NCBI GenBank assembly: GCA_963705775.1
Contig: CAVPKT010000045.1
Location: 4,506 to 68,505 of the forward strand
Source of the DNA: an uncultured Solirubrobacterales bacterium
GTDB lineage: Bacteria; Actinomycetota; Thermoleophilia; Solirubrobacterales; Solirubrobacteraceae
Length of the DNA: 64,000 nucleotides
Direction of reading: 5' to 3'
The notes under the pieces are model-generated. The model saw only the letters and a list, made by a program, of their open reading frames with translations. It had not been told where the DNA came from and ran no database searches. Position numbers and translations under genes: made by a program. Shown piece after piece: positions 30,622-40,857 of this stretch (its first letter is position 1; every line of letters begins with the position of its first letter).

Positions 30622-30757
30622 AACCACCTCACTGCGCGCGTTTCATAGTCCCCGCACCCAGGCGGGTTCACGGGCACCGGCGGGCGCACAGATCCCCGTC
30701 GGCGAGGCAGAAAAGTATCAATCAGGGACACCTGAAGGTGGCTTTCCTGGACGCCGC

Positions 30758-31165
30758 TTATCGGAGCGCTTCGGCCACCGCCGCGATCTCATCGGGGTCG
30801 CCGGGCCGTGGCGTCCACGGCAGGCGCAGCGGGTCTCCCTCGTAGCGCGGGATCACGTGCATGTGGAAGTGGAACACGGTCTGCCACGCAGCCGGGCCGC
30901 AGCTGTTTATGAGGTTCACCCCGGCGGGCTGGAGGCGGTCATTCATCGTCTTCGCCAGGCGTTGGGCGGCGAGCGCGACGGCCTCGAGATCCTCGGCGCC
31001 GATCTCGAGCAGGTTGCGGGAGTGCGCGCGCGGGATCACGAGTGCGTGGCCCCGCGTGGCCGGGTTGATGTCCATGATCGCGACCGTCCGCTCGTCCTCG
31101 TCGATGATCATCGCGGGCAGCTCGCCGGCGATGATCTTGCAGAAGATGCAGTCTGGGTCGGCCAC
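30758..31165 (-). CDS. HIT family protein
   Basis: CIFCKI, GHALVIP, QTVFHFHMHVIPR. Confidence 0.95.
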   Translation of the reverse strand: MADPDCIFCKIIAGELPAMIIDEDERTVAIMDINPATRGHALVIPRAHSRNLLEIGAEDLEAVALAAQRLAKTMNDRLQPAGVNLINSCGPAAWQTVFHFHMHVIPRYEGDPLRLPWTPRPGDPDEIAAVAEALR

Positions 31166-31176
31166 CGCGCGGCAGC

Positions 31177-32556
31177 CTATCTGGCGAGCAGCTCGCGAGC
31201 CCGCTCGACGGCCTGCTCGCGCGTCGAAATCTCCCCCGCGAAGCGCGCCTCCTCGAGCTGCTGGAGCAGGCGTCCCAGCTCGGGGCCGGGCTGGAGCCCA
31301 AGTGCGGAGGCCAGCTCATCGCCGCGGACCGGCGGGCGGGGTGGATCCGCCTGCCAGGCGAAGGCCTCGGCAAGCAGCTGCCGCGCGAGCTCGAGGTGCT
31401 TGGCGATCGCTGTTCGGATCCCTTGCCCCGCGTCGCGAGGCGGTCGGCGACGCTCAGCACGGTGACGTCTACCTGCACGGGATCGCAGGCCCGCAGGTAG
31501 CCGTAGATCGCCCTCCGGCTGAGCGGCGCCTGGTGAACGAGGAAACCGAGGCGTAGGTGGTGGCGAGCCAGCGCGCCCACGTGCCGGGACAGCCGGTCGC
31601 TCGCGCGGAGCCGTGCGAGCACCTTCTCTGCGACGGCGGCGCCGGCTTCGTCGTGGCCCATGAACGTGATCCGCCCCTCTGGCGTCACGGCCCTCGTACG
31701 CGGCTTGGCGACATCATGAAATAGCGCACCGAAGCGCAGTGCCTGGCCCCGCGTCAGCTCGTCGGACAGCGGCTCCGCGAGGAAGTCCGCGACGGCCCGG
31801 CTTGGGACTCGAATGCCGGCCCGGGATCGCGCTCGAGCGCGATCACCTCCGCCAGCACCACGCGCGTGTGCTCGTACACGTCGAGGTGGTGGTACTTGCT
31901 CTGTTCGACGCCGCGCAGCTCGACCAGTTCAGGCAGCACCACGGAGGTGGCCCCGGTCGCGTCCATCAATTCGAGCCCGTCGAGTGCGCGCTCAGCGCTG
32001 ACAATCCGCTTCAGCTCCGCGAACACGCGCTCGGGCGCGACTCGCTCGAGCCCCGCAGTGCTCCTCGCCGCGGCGGCCTTCGTGGCGGGCTCGACTTCGA
32101 AATCGAGCTGGCACGCGAGCCGCGAGAGCCGCAAGGCCCGCAGGGGATCCTGCTCGAATGCGTCCGGCGCGACCATCCGCAGCCGACGAGCCCGCAGGTC
32201 CTCGAGCCCCCCAACGGGTCGACCAGCTCTCCGGAGCCGATTCGCTCGGCGATTGCGTTGATCGTCAAGTCGCGGCGGCGGAGATCAGACTCGACCGAAT
32301 CGCCCGCGAGGGGCAGCAGGTCGACCTGCCACCCATGCCTGCGCGAAACCACCCTCCACACTCCGAACGCCTCGGAGAGAGCGAACGGGTGCCCTCCGGC
32401 GGCGCGCGCGAGGGCCCGAGCGATCGGCTCCGGATCGCTCGCGACCGCGACATCGAAGTCGCTTGTCGGCCGTCCCAGCAGTCGATCGCGAAGCGCACCC
32501 CCGACGAGCCAGGCCTCGCCGGTGATCTCTGCGAGCGCCGCGAGCGGATCGCTCAT
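31177..32556 (-). CDS. Class II tRNA nucleotidyltransferase with HD domain (probable CC-adding type; frameshifted)
   Basis: VGGALRD..DFDV (motif A), DLRRRDLTINA (motif B), DPLRALR, ERVFAEL, HHLDVYEH, LFHDVAK. Confidence 0.85.
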
Positions 32557-33673
32557 CCGGGGCCCCCGTCACGGTGATGCGCCCTCGGCACGCGTCCCGA
32601 GATTCCGCACACGATCTCGTAGTTGATCGTCCCGATCCGCCGTGCGAGCTGCTCGGCCGTCTGGCGCTCGACGCCGTCCGAACCGATCAAGATCGCGCGA
32701 TCTCCGACCTGCGCCGCCGGCTCGGGGCCGAGATCGATCGTGATGTTGTCCATGCTCACGGTGCCGACCAGCGGGTAGCGCGTGCCACCGACGATCACGT
32801 CGCAGTCGTTGGTGAGCGCGCGCCGGACCCCGTCGGCGTAGCCGATCGGCACTGTCGCTAGCCAGGTGTCCTGTTTTGCAACGAAGCGCCGCCCGTAGCC
32901 GGCGGTCTCTCCCGCTCGGGCGGGCTTCACAGCCGCCACGTACGAGCTCAGCTCGAGCGCCGGCTCGAGACCCCACTTGTCGGGGTCGTCGTTCATCGGG
33001 TCGCAGCCGTAGATCGCGATCCCGCAGCGGACTAGATCGAAGTGGCTTGCGGGCGCGTTCAGCACCGCTCCGCTGTTTGCAGCATGTACGACGGCGGCCG
33101 GGAAACGCTCGCGGATCGCGGCGGCGAACGGCTCGAATGCGGCCAGCTGGTGTGCGAGGAACTCCTGGTCGTCGTCTGAGGTGGCGAAGTGGGTCATCGC
33201 CCCCGCGAGCTGCAGCGCTCCACCGGAGGAGGCCACGCGATCGGCGACCGCGAGCGCTTCCCGCAGGTCCCGCGTCCCGAGCCTCCCCATCCCTGTGTCC
33301 AGCTTGACGTGCACGCGCACCGGTTCGCCCCCGCGCGTGCGAGCTCGTCGAGGAACCGCTCGTCCCACGCGACCAGGTCGGCTCGGGCCCCGAGCGCGGC
33401 CGGCAGCTCGTCGAGGCTGATCGCCCCCATCACCAGAATCCGAGCGTCGATTCCCTCGGCGCGCAGGTCCGCTGCTTCCTCGGCGGTAGCGACCGCGAGC
33501 CAGCTCGCGCCCCCGGCGAGCGCCGCCTTCGCTGCCGGCGCCGCGCCGTGGCCGTATCCGTTTGCCTTGACGACGGCACACATCCCCGCGCCGTCTGTCA
33601 GCAGACCGCAAAGAAGCGCGACGTTGCGTTCGATCGCCGCGAGGTTGACCCGGGCCAGCGCGCGGAGTGGCAT
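32553..33673 (-). CDS. alr: Alanine racemase (one frameshift)
   Basis: AVVKANGYGHG PLP lysine, HVKLDTGMGRLG, HAANS, GYADG, SMD, INYE. Confidence 0.95.
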
Positions 33674-33678
33674 GGGCC

Positions 33679-35202
33679 TCAGTCCCCCTTACCGCTGATA
33701 GCCGCCGGCAGGCGCGCGATCACGTCTGAGGCGATCACCCCCTCGGAGCCGATCTCGGCCGCGGCGAGCTGTCCAGCGCGCGCGTGCACGAACACTCCGG
33801 CGCACGCAGCGTGGAATGAGTCCATCGACTTGGACAGCAGCGCACCGATCACGCCCGAGAGAACGTCACCGGTGCCGGCTGTCGCGAGGGCCGCGGCGCC
33901 ACCGGGGCTGATGCCGACGCGTCCGTCAGGCGCGGCGACAATCGTGTCGTCGCCCTTGAGTACCACGATCGCCCGGGCCGCGTCGCGCCCTGCGCGCGCT
34001 CTCGAGCCGCTCGCGGAGATGGCGCTGCTGTCCGTCTCGAGCAGTCGCGCGAGCTCGCCCGCGTGCGGCGTCAGCACGGTCGCCGCCGGGCGACCGGCGA
34101 GCGACTCGAGCTTGCCCGCGTGGGCGTTGAGGCCGTCGGCGTCGAGCAGCAGGGGACGCGGCGCTTCCGCGGCGATCCGCCGTGCCACCTCGAGCGCCTC
34201 GTCGGTCCGGCCGAGCCCCGGACCCAGCACGAGCGCGTCTGCACGCTCGAGGCGTTCGAGCACCTGGTCGACCGCTTCAGCCCTCAGCGAGCCACGGTCG
34301 TCCGAGAGCGGCACGCTCATCACCTCGAGCAGTCGGGTCTCGAAGATCATGTTCAGCGACGCCGGCACGAGCGCGGTCACGTAGCCCGCGCCGGCGCGCA
34401 TCGCTGCCTCCGAGGCCATGGTCGGAGCACCCGTGAGCCCGGTCGATCCGCCGCATACGAGCACGCTGCCGACGGCGAACTTGGTCGACTCGCGCCCGCG
34501 GCGCGGGATCGTCTCCAGGGCCCGCTGGGTGATCAGCCCAACCTGGGGACTCGCGGGTCCGTCCGCTGGAATCCCGATGTCGACGACGCGCACCTCACCG
34601 GCGCACGCCTTCCCGGGCGCGATCCAGAGACCCGGCTTGCCGGCGTGAAACGTGGCGGTCGCATCGGCGCGGACGGCCTCCCCGGCGATCTCACCCGTGG
34701 AGCCGTTGACGCCGCTGGGTACGTCGCACGCAATCACCTCGCCCCGCCGAGAAGCGTTGATCGCCTCGATCGCACCCGCGGCCGGCTCCCGCGGCGCGCC
34801 CTCGAAGCCGGTGCCGAGGACCGCGTCGACGATCCCCGATGCTCCCGCCAGGGCCTCGCGCGCGAACGGCTCCGGTCCCGGACCCGGCAGCCGGGCGAGA
34901 CTCTGTTTCGCGTCTCCCCGGTATTCATCCGCCTCAGCGAGCGTCAGCACCCGTACGTCGCGGCCTTGCTCGCGGAGCACGCGCGCCGCGACGAAGCCAT
35001 CGCCTCCGTTATTGCCCTTGCCGCTGACGACCACGATCGGTCCCTCGGGGGCCCGCTCGGCGACGAGCACCGCAAGTCCGGTGCCGGCACGCTCCATGAG
35101 CTCGATCCCGGGAATCTGCAGTTCGCCGATCGCCCACTCGTCAAGGGCCCGCTGCTCGGAGGCATCGGGCAGCGGCTCGAGCCAGTCTGGAAGGGGGGTC
35201 AC
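33679..35202 (-). CDS. nnr: Bifunctional NAD(P)H-hydrate epimerase/dehydratase (NnrE-NnrD, YjeF)
   Basis: LMERAG, GKGNNGGDG, DAVLGTG, DVPSG, GPGLG, DADGL, TPHAGE, ATAGTGDVL. Confidence 0.95.
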   Translation of the reverse strand: MTPLPDWLEPLPDASEQRALDEWAIGELQIPGIELMERAGTGLAVLVAERAPEGPIVVVSGKGNNGGDGFVAARVLREQGRDVRVLTLAEADEYRGDAKQSLARLPGPGPEPFAREALAGASGIVDAVLGTGFEGAPREPAAGAIEAINASRRGEVIACDVPSGVNGSTGEIAGEAVRADATATFHAGKPGLWIAPGKACAGEVRVVDIGIPADGPASPQVGLITQRALETIPRRGRESTKFAVGSVLVCGGSTGLTGAPTMASEAAMRAGAGYVTALVPASLNMIFETRLLEVMSVPLSDDRGSLRAEAVDQVLERLERADALVLGPGLGRTDEALEVARRIAAEAPRPLLLDADGLNAHAGKLESLAGRPAATVLTPHAGELARLLETDSSAISASGSRARAGRDAARAIVVLKGDDTIVAAPDGRVGISPGGAAALATAGTGDVLSGVIGALLSKSMDSFHAACAGVFVHARAGQLAAAEIGSEGVIASDVIARLPAAISGKGD

Positions 35203-35570
35203 CCCGCGGAAGCTATCGCTACGGCCGCTGCCTGACCCCGCGTGTGCGTCAACGACACTCTCACCTCGACGCCGAGCGTCGCAGCGCGCTCGGCCGCGGC
35301 GCCCGACAACCGCACGGCCGGCGGACCGCCGCCCTCGGCCGATACGACCTCGACATCACAGAAGCTCCACGTCTCGAGGCCGAGAGCCTTGGCGACCGCC
35401 TCCTTGGCGCAGAACCGCGCGGCGAGATGCTGGCCCGGCCGCGCTCGGGACCGCGCGTACTCGCGCTCTGACTCGGTGAACAGCCGCTCTGCGAGCCGCG
35501 GCCGCCTTGCGATCGCGCGCTCGAGACGCTCGATCTCGAGCATGTCGATGCCCACGGCCGGCGCGCTCAC
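35199..35570 (-). CDS. acpS: Holo-[acyl-carrier-protein] synthase
   Basis: GIDMLEI, AARFCAKEAVAKALG, VSLTHT. Confidence 0.95.
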   Translation of the reverse strand: MSAPAVGIDMLEIERLERAIARRPRLAERLFTESEREYARSRARPGQHLAARFCAKEAVAKALGLETWSFCDVEVVSAEGGGPPAVRLSGAAAERAATLGVEVRVSLTHTRGQAAAVAIASAG

Positions 35571-37432
35571 TCGACGGTGACCGTCTTGGCGAGGTTCCGT
35601 GGCTGATCGACGTTCAGGCCACGTAGTCGTGCGATGTGGTAGGCGAGCAGCTGCAGCGGGATCACGGCCAGCAGCGGCGCAAGCATCGGGTGAGTTTTCG
35701 GGACGCGGATCACGTCGTCGACATGCTCGGCGATCCGCTCGTCGCCATCACTGGCGACCGCGATCACATGCGCACCGCGCGCCCGTACCTCCTGAATGTT
35801 GGAGATCACCTTCTCCAACACCGGCGAGTCGGTGGCGACCGCCACAACTGGCGTGCTCTCGTCGAGCAGGGCGATCGGGCCATGCTTCATCTCTCCAGCG
35901 GCGTACGCATCGGTCGCGATGTACGAGATCTCCTTCAGCTTCAGCGCGCCCTCGAGCGCAGCCGGGAGGCCGGCGTGTCGGCCGATGTACATGAAGAAAT
36001 CCGCGGCGTGGTGCTGGTTCGCGATCCGCGCAATCTCCCCGGAGCCGTGCTCGAGGACCTCCGCGATCAGGTGTGGCAGTCGCTTGACCTCGCTGATCGT
36101 TGCCTTCAGAACATCGATCGCGAGCGTCCCGCGAAGTTCGGCCATTCGCAGCGCCAGCAGATACAGGACGACCACCTGGCTGACGAACGTCTTGGTCGCC
36201 GCGACGCCGATCTCGAGACCGGCCCGCGTATAGAGAACGCCGTCGGCGTCACGCGTGGCTTGTGAACCCATGATGTTCGTCACCGCGAGCACGCTCGCGC
36301 CCCGATCGCGCGCGATACGCATCGCGGCCAGCGTGTCGGCCGTCTCGCCGGATTGCGAGATCCCTATGACGAGATCTCCGGATCCGACCACGGGGTTCCG
36401 GTAGCGGTACTCGGACGCAATCTCGACATCGACCGGAACGCGCGCCCATTCCTCAATCGCGTAGCGACCGATCAGGCCCGCGTGGAAGGACGTGCCGCAG
36501 GCAACGATCACAACGCGCCGCGCTCCCCGCACGAGCTCGTCATCGATCCCGCCGAGATCACCGAGGTCGATCCCGACACCGCGCGCCGCGCGCTCGCCGA
36601 TCGTCTCGGCCACCGCGTCGGCCTGCTCATGGATCTCCTTGAGCATGAACGTCTCATATCCCTGCTTCTCGGCCGTGTCCGCGTCCCAGTCGATCTCCTG
36701 GATCTCGCGCTCCAACGACTCGCCGTCGGCACTCTCAAACTCGACCCCGTCCGGGCGGAGCACGACGAGCTCGTCATCGTTGATGTATTGCACGCGACGG
36801 GTCTCGCGGAGGAAGGCCGGAATCGCCGAGCCGATGAACTGCTCGCCGTCGCCCCTGCCGACGATCAGCGGGCACTCCTTGCGGGCACCGACCAGCAGAC
36901 CTGGCTCATCCGCGCTCATTGCCACGAACGCGTAATGCCCCTGCAACTCGGCGTAGGCCGCGCGAACCGCGTCGACCAGGCTCCCGCGGGCGCGGTGATG
37001 CGCGATCAGATGGGCGATCACCTCGGCATCTGTCTCCGATGTGAAGCGGGCGCCCATGTCGATCAGCCGCCGCTTGAGCGCGACGTAGTTCTCCACGATT
37101 CCGTTGACGACCACGTGCACCTTGTCGGCGGTGTCGAAGTGCGGGTGGGCGTTGGCTTCCGAGACGCGGCCGTGTGTCGCCCAGCGGGTGTGCCCGATCC
37201 CGGTTCCCGGCTCGGGGCGCTCGGCGAGGGCGACGCCGTTGCGCGAACCATCGCCGTTGATCGCAGCCCGCAGTGCGCTCAGGTTGCCGACCGCGCGGAC
37301 GGCGTCGATCCGGTCGCCGTCCAATACCGAGATCCCCGCGCTGTCATAGCCCCGGTACTCGAGCTTCTCGAGTCCGTGGAGCAGCAATGCCTTGGGTTCG
37401 CGGGGGCCGACGTAGCCGACGATGCCACACAT
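35567..37432 (-). CDS. glmS: Glutamine--fructose-6-phosphate transaminase (isomerizing)
   Basis: Starts MCGIVG; LEYRGYDSAG, GHTRWATHG, SQSGETAD, PRNLAKTVTVE; RBS AAGGAG. Confidence 0.98.
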   Translation of the reverse strand: MCGIVGYVGPREPKALLLHGLEKLEYRGYDSAGISVLDGDRIDAVRAVGNLSALRAAINGDGSRNGVALAERPEPGTGIGHTRWATHGRVSEANAHPHFDTADKVHVVVNGIVENYVALKRRLIDMGARFTSETDAEVIAHLIAHHRARGSLVDAVRAAYAELQGHYAFVAMSADEPGLLVGARKECPLIVGRGDGEQFIGSAIPAFLRETRRVQYINDDELVVLRPDGVEFESADGESLEREIQEIDWDADTAEKQGYETFMLKEIHEQADAVAETIGERAARGVGIDLGDLGGIDDELVRGARRVVIVACGTSFHAGLIGRYAIEEWARVPVDVEIASEYRYRNPVVGSGDLVIGISQSGETADTLAAMRIARDRGASVLAVTNIMGSQATRDADGVLYTRAGLEIGVAATKTFVSQVVVLYLLALRMAELRGTLAIDVLKATISEVKRLPHLIAEVLEHGSGEIARIANQHHAADFFMYIGRHAGLPAALEGALKLKEISYIATDAYAAGEMKHGPIALLDESTPVVAVATDSPVLEKVISNIQEVRARGAHVIAVASDGDERIAEHVDDVIRVPKTHPMLAPLLAVIPLQLLAYHIARLRGLNVDQPRNLAKTVTVE

Positions 37433-37444
37433 GCGCCTGTGTAT

Positions 37445-37540
37445 CTCCTTGCCTAGCTTCTCCGTGCTCAGCGGGTCGGACCGCACCGGCGGCCCGCATT
37501 CGGCGGTCCTGGTTGGCCCGCGAACGAATGCCCCATGTTA
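37445..37540 (-). promoter_or_regulatory. glmS promoter (-10 TAACAT) and structured 5' leader, candidate cis-regulatory RNA
   Basis: TAACAT at 37540-37535; stem GGACCGC/GCGGTCC; loop GCGGG complementary to downstream CCCGC; RBS at 37450-37445. Confidence 0.5.
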
Positions 37541-37561
37541 GAGGCATCCGGGGTCATCGAC

Positions 37562-38887
37562 TCAGGGGAGCGCCTGCTCGACCACCTCGGTGAGCCGCCC
37601 GCATACCTCATCGGTCTCTCGCTCGCTTGGCGCCTCGACCATCACGCGGATCAGCGGCTCTGTCCCCGAGGCGCGCACGAGCACCCGTCCGCGGCCGTTC
37701 AGCGCACCGTGCTCGCGCTCGATCGCCTCCTGCACAGGGGCGGCCTCGAGCGCCGCGGTCAGCGCGGGACGGTCGGGTGCGCGGATGTTGACCAGGCGCT
37801 GAGGCAGCTTCTGCATCGCGTCACGCTTCGCCAAATCGCGGTCTCCAAGCGCTTCCAGCGTCAGCAGCGCGCTGGCGATTCCGTCACCTGATGGCCCGAA
37901 ACCGAGGTCGATGATGTGACCCGACTGCTCGCCGCCCAGCGCCCAGCCGCGGCGGCGGAGCTCGTCGAGCACGTACCGGTCGCCGACGGCCGTCGTCGCC
38001 ACGTCCACGCCCGCCGCGGCCATGGCGCCATGGAAGCCGTAGTTGGTCATCACGGTCACGGCGACGCCGTTGCCCTCGAGGCGCCCCTGGTCGCGCAGAT
38101 GAACGGCCGCTAGTGCGACGAGCTCGTCACCGTCGACGATCACGCCGTCGCGGTCAACGGCGAGCACCCGGTCGCCGTCACCGTCGAACGCGAATCCGAT
38201 GTCGTAGCGGCCGTCCTTGACGCGGTCAGCGAGCTGCTCGATATGCGTCGAGCCGCAGCCCTCGTTGATGTTGCGCCCGTCGGGGGCATCGGCGACCACG
38301 TCGACCTCCGCCCCGAGCCTGCGGAAGATCTCCGGCGCCGCGCGATACGTCGCGCCGTTGGCGCAGTCGAGGAGGATCCGGTGCCTGATCGGGTCAAGCC
38401 CCTCAAAGCGGACGTGCAGCTCACGCAGGTAATCCTCGAGCGCCCCGTGCAAAAGGCGGACGTGCCCGATCCTGTCAGCCGCGACCGCGGGCTTCTCGAG
38501 CTCGGCTTCGATTGCGTGCTCGGTGTCGTCGTGAAGCTTGAAGCCGTCCGATCCGAACAACTTGATCCCGTTGTCCTGGTAGGGGTTATGGGAGGCGGAG
38601 ATCACAGCAGCCATCTGCAGGCCATGACGGCGGAGCAGCAGCGGCGCGGCGGGCGTGGGGAGCACCCCTCCGATCAGCGCGTCTCCCCCGGATGCCGTGA
38701 TTCCCGCGGCGATCGCGGCCTCGAGCATCTCGCCGGACTCGCGGGTGTCGCGGACGATCAGGACCTGGGGCCGGTCCACGTCGATATGCGTGACCGCGGC
38801 TCGTGCCAAGCCGAGAGCGAGGTCAGCTGTGAGGAAGTGGCCCGCCAAGCCGCGGACGCCATCCGTGCCAAAGAGCTGTCGCGGCAT
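37562..38887 (-). CDS. glmM: Phosphoglucosamine mutase
   Basis: FGTDGVRG, ISASHNP, DGDGDR, GGEQSGH, RASGTEP. Confidence 0.97.
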   Translation of the reverse strand: MPRQLFGTDGVRGLAGHFLTADLALGLARAAVTHIDVDRPQVLIVRDTRESGEMLEAAIAAGITASGGDALIGGVLPTPAAPLLLRRHGLQMAAVISASHNPYQDNGIKLFGSDGFKLHDDTEHAIEAELEKPAVAADRIGHVRLLHGALEDYLRELHVRFEGLDPIRHRILLDCANGATYRAAPEIFRRLGAEVDVVADAPDGRNINEGCGSTHIEQLADRVKDGRYDIGFAFDGDGDRVLAVDRDGVIVDGDELVALAAVHLRDQGRLEGNGVAVTVMTNYGFHGAMAAAGVDVATTAVGDRYVLDELRRRGWALGGEQSGHIIDLGFGPSGDGIASALLTLEALGDRDLAKRDAMQKLPQRLVNIRAPDRPALTAALEAAPVQEAIEREHGALNGRGRVLVRASGTEPLIRVMVEAPSERETDEVCGRLTEVVEQALP

Positions 38888-38926
38888 ATGACTGTTAGGA
38901 GCGCCCCCGCCCAGCGACCATCGACC

Positions 38927-39832
38927 TCAACGCTTGGAGAACTGCGGGCGCTTGCGCGCCTTCTTCAGCCCTGCCTTCTTGCGCTCCTTCACGCGCGGAT
39001 CGCGAGTCAAGAAGCCGCGGCGCTTGAGCTCGCCTCGCAGATGCGGATCGGCCACGATCAACGCGCGGGAGATTCCGTGGCGAAGGGCCTCGGCCTGAGC
39101 TGCCACGCCGCCGCCGTGCATCCGCGCCACCACGTCCATGCGGGACTCGTACCCGACGGTCTCGAGCGGCTGGCGAATCACACGCCGCAGCGTCTCGCGC
39201 GGGAAGTAGTCGTCGAGCGATTTGCCGTTGATCGCGTAGCCGCCGTCGCCGGGCTTCAGGATCACGCGGGCGACTGCGGTCTTGCGCTTCCCGGTAGACG
39301 TGTATCGAGCGCCGGCGGCGAGATCGATCGCAGCGTCCGCGATCGGCTGGCTCTGCTCCTCCTGCTCGCGCTCCTCGCGCTCACGCTCGGCCCGCGCTTC
39401 AGCCTCCGCCTCGGCTGCGGCACGCGCCTCGGCGTCGAGGAACTCATCCCCCTCGGGAATGATGTCCGGGATCAGATCGGCGCCCGGGATCTCCGGCCGC
39501 TCCCGCGGCGGCAGCTCAACGTCCTCCGCCCCCCGCGCTTCCTCCGGAGCCGGCGCCGGAGCGGCCGCAACGGGCGCCTCAGGCTCAGCGACGGGCTGTT
39601 CGGGAGCGGAAGCGGGCTCGGGCTCCGCGGCAGGCGCCTCAGCTTCAGGCGCAGCCTCGGAGGAGACGTCCGCGTCCGAAGCAGTCGCGTCCGGCGCAGC
39701 TGCCTCCCCATCGGCCTCAGGGACGCCCCCTGCTTCGGAGGCGGACGTGTCCTCCGCGGCGGTGGGCGTGTCCTCCGAGGCCGGGCTCGGCTCTTCCGGC
39801 GTCGGCGTGTCAGTCGTTTCTTCGTCGTTCAA
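38927..39832 (-). CDS. rpsI: 30S ribosomal protein S9 with ~170 aa acidic N-terminal extension
   Basis: Core [44 protein letters not shown] start overlaps the rplM stop. Confidence 0.96.
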   Translation of the reverse strand: MNDEETTDTPTPEEPSPASEDTPTAAEDTSASEAGGVPEADGEAAAPDATASDADVSSEAAPEAEAPAAEPEPASAPEQPVAEPEAPVAAAPAPAPEEARGAEDVELPPRERPEIPGADLIPDIIPEGDEFLDAEARAAAEAEAEARAEREREEREQEEQSQPIADAAIDLAAGARYTSTGKRKTAVARVILKPGDGGYAINGKSLDDYFPRETLRRVIRQPLETVGYESRMDVVARMHGGGVAAQAEALRHGISRALIVADPHLRGELKRRGFLTRDPRVKERKKAGLKKARKRPQFSKR

Positions 39833-40263
39833 GTCAAAAGCTCCATCGGTTGTGGCTGCTGCGCAACATGCGGATGCTCAGGACCGGCGTAGATCTTCAG
39901 CTTGGTCAGCTGCTTGCGCGCCAGCCGGTTGCGGGGCAGCATGCCCTTGACCGCCAGGCGAAGGACCTCTTCGGGACGCCGATCGAGCATCTCCTGGAGG
40001 CTGCGCGACCGCAGGCCGCCCGGATAGCCGGAGTGACGGTAGTAGCGCTTGGCCTGAAGTTTGTTGCCGGAGACGGAGATCTTCTCCGCGTTGATGACCA
40101 CGACGAAGTCGCCCGTATCGACATGCGGGGTATACGTGGGCTTGCGCTTACCGCGCAGCGCGTCCGCGATCTGCGTCGCCAGCCTCCCGAGCGTCTGTCC
40201 GGTGGCATCGACGAGCAGCCAGTTGCGCTCTCGTTCTGCGGGTGTCGCTACGTAGGTCTTCAT
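39829..40263 (-). CDS. rplM: 50S ribosomal protein L13
   Basis: [45 protein letters not shown]. Confidence 0.98.
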   Translation of the reverse strand: MKTYVATPAERERNWLLVDATGQTLGRLATQIADALRGKRKPTYTPHVDTGDFVVVINAEKISVSGNKLQAKRYYRHSGYPGGLRSRSLQEMLDRRPEEVLRLAVKGMLPRNRLARKQLTKLKIYAGPEHPHVAQQPQPMELLT

Positions 40264-40272
40264 GGCATGCAC

Positions 40273-40309
40273 AAGCCGCGCGACATTCGCGCGGCTCGCC
40301 GTGATGATA
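40273..40309 (-). promoter_or_regulatory. rplM promoter -10 (TATCAT) and 5' UTR hairpin
   Basis: TATCAT at 40309-40304; perfect 10-bp inverted repeat AGCCGCGCGA-3nt-TCGCGCGGCT at 40274-40296. Confidence 0.55.
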
Positions 40310-40341
40310 GTGCCAGCGAGGCGACCTCGTACGCTGAGGTA

Positions 40342-40857
40342 ATGAAGCCCACAGTCGTGGCCGGGAGGATCGCCTATCGCGTCGCACATCTCGGGCTGCG
40401 CGCGATCTGGTTCGTCACGCGTCCGGAGATCCACGGCGTCAAATGCGTAATCACCGACGGCGATCGCCTGCTGCTGGTGCGCCACACCTACGGCCGCCGC
40501 GAATGGGATCTTCCGGGCGGGGGGATCAAGCGGGGCGAGTCGGATGCCGACGCGGCCCGACGGGAAATCCGCGAGGAGCTCGGCGCCGACATCGCGGAAT
40601 GGCAGTGGCTCGGCTCGATCAAGGCGAGCCCGTACCACAGCCGCGACACGCTGCATTGCTTTCATGCTGAGCTCCACGACCCGACGCTCACGCTCCAGCC
40701 GATCGAGATCGCCGCCGCGCAGTGGTTTCCCCGCGCGGAGCTCCCGAGTGGTCTGGGACGGTCCACGCGCAGGGTTCTGGCACTGCTTGACGGCGATGTT
40801 CAGGGCACACTCGACAAGAATGCCCGCGCCGCGGCGGACAGAGGCGCATCGCGGTAG
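40342..40857 (+). CDS. Nudix hydrolase
   Basis: [35 protein letters not shown] Nudix box. The 3' end overlaps the convergent LysR gene. Confidence 0.9.
   Translation: MKPTVVAGRIAYRVAHLGLRAIWFVTRPEIHGVKCVITDGDRLLLVRHTYGRREWDLPGGGIKRGESDADAARREIREELGADIAEWQWLGSIKASPYHSRDTLHCFHAELHDPTLTLQPIEIAAAQWFPRAELPSGLGRSTRRVLALLDGDVQGTLDKNARAAADRGASR

Noticed and set aside
37433-37561. Canonical glmS ribozyme
   Set aside because: The conserved core AGCGCC..GACGAGG is not present; reported instead as an unknown structured leader.
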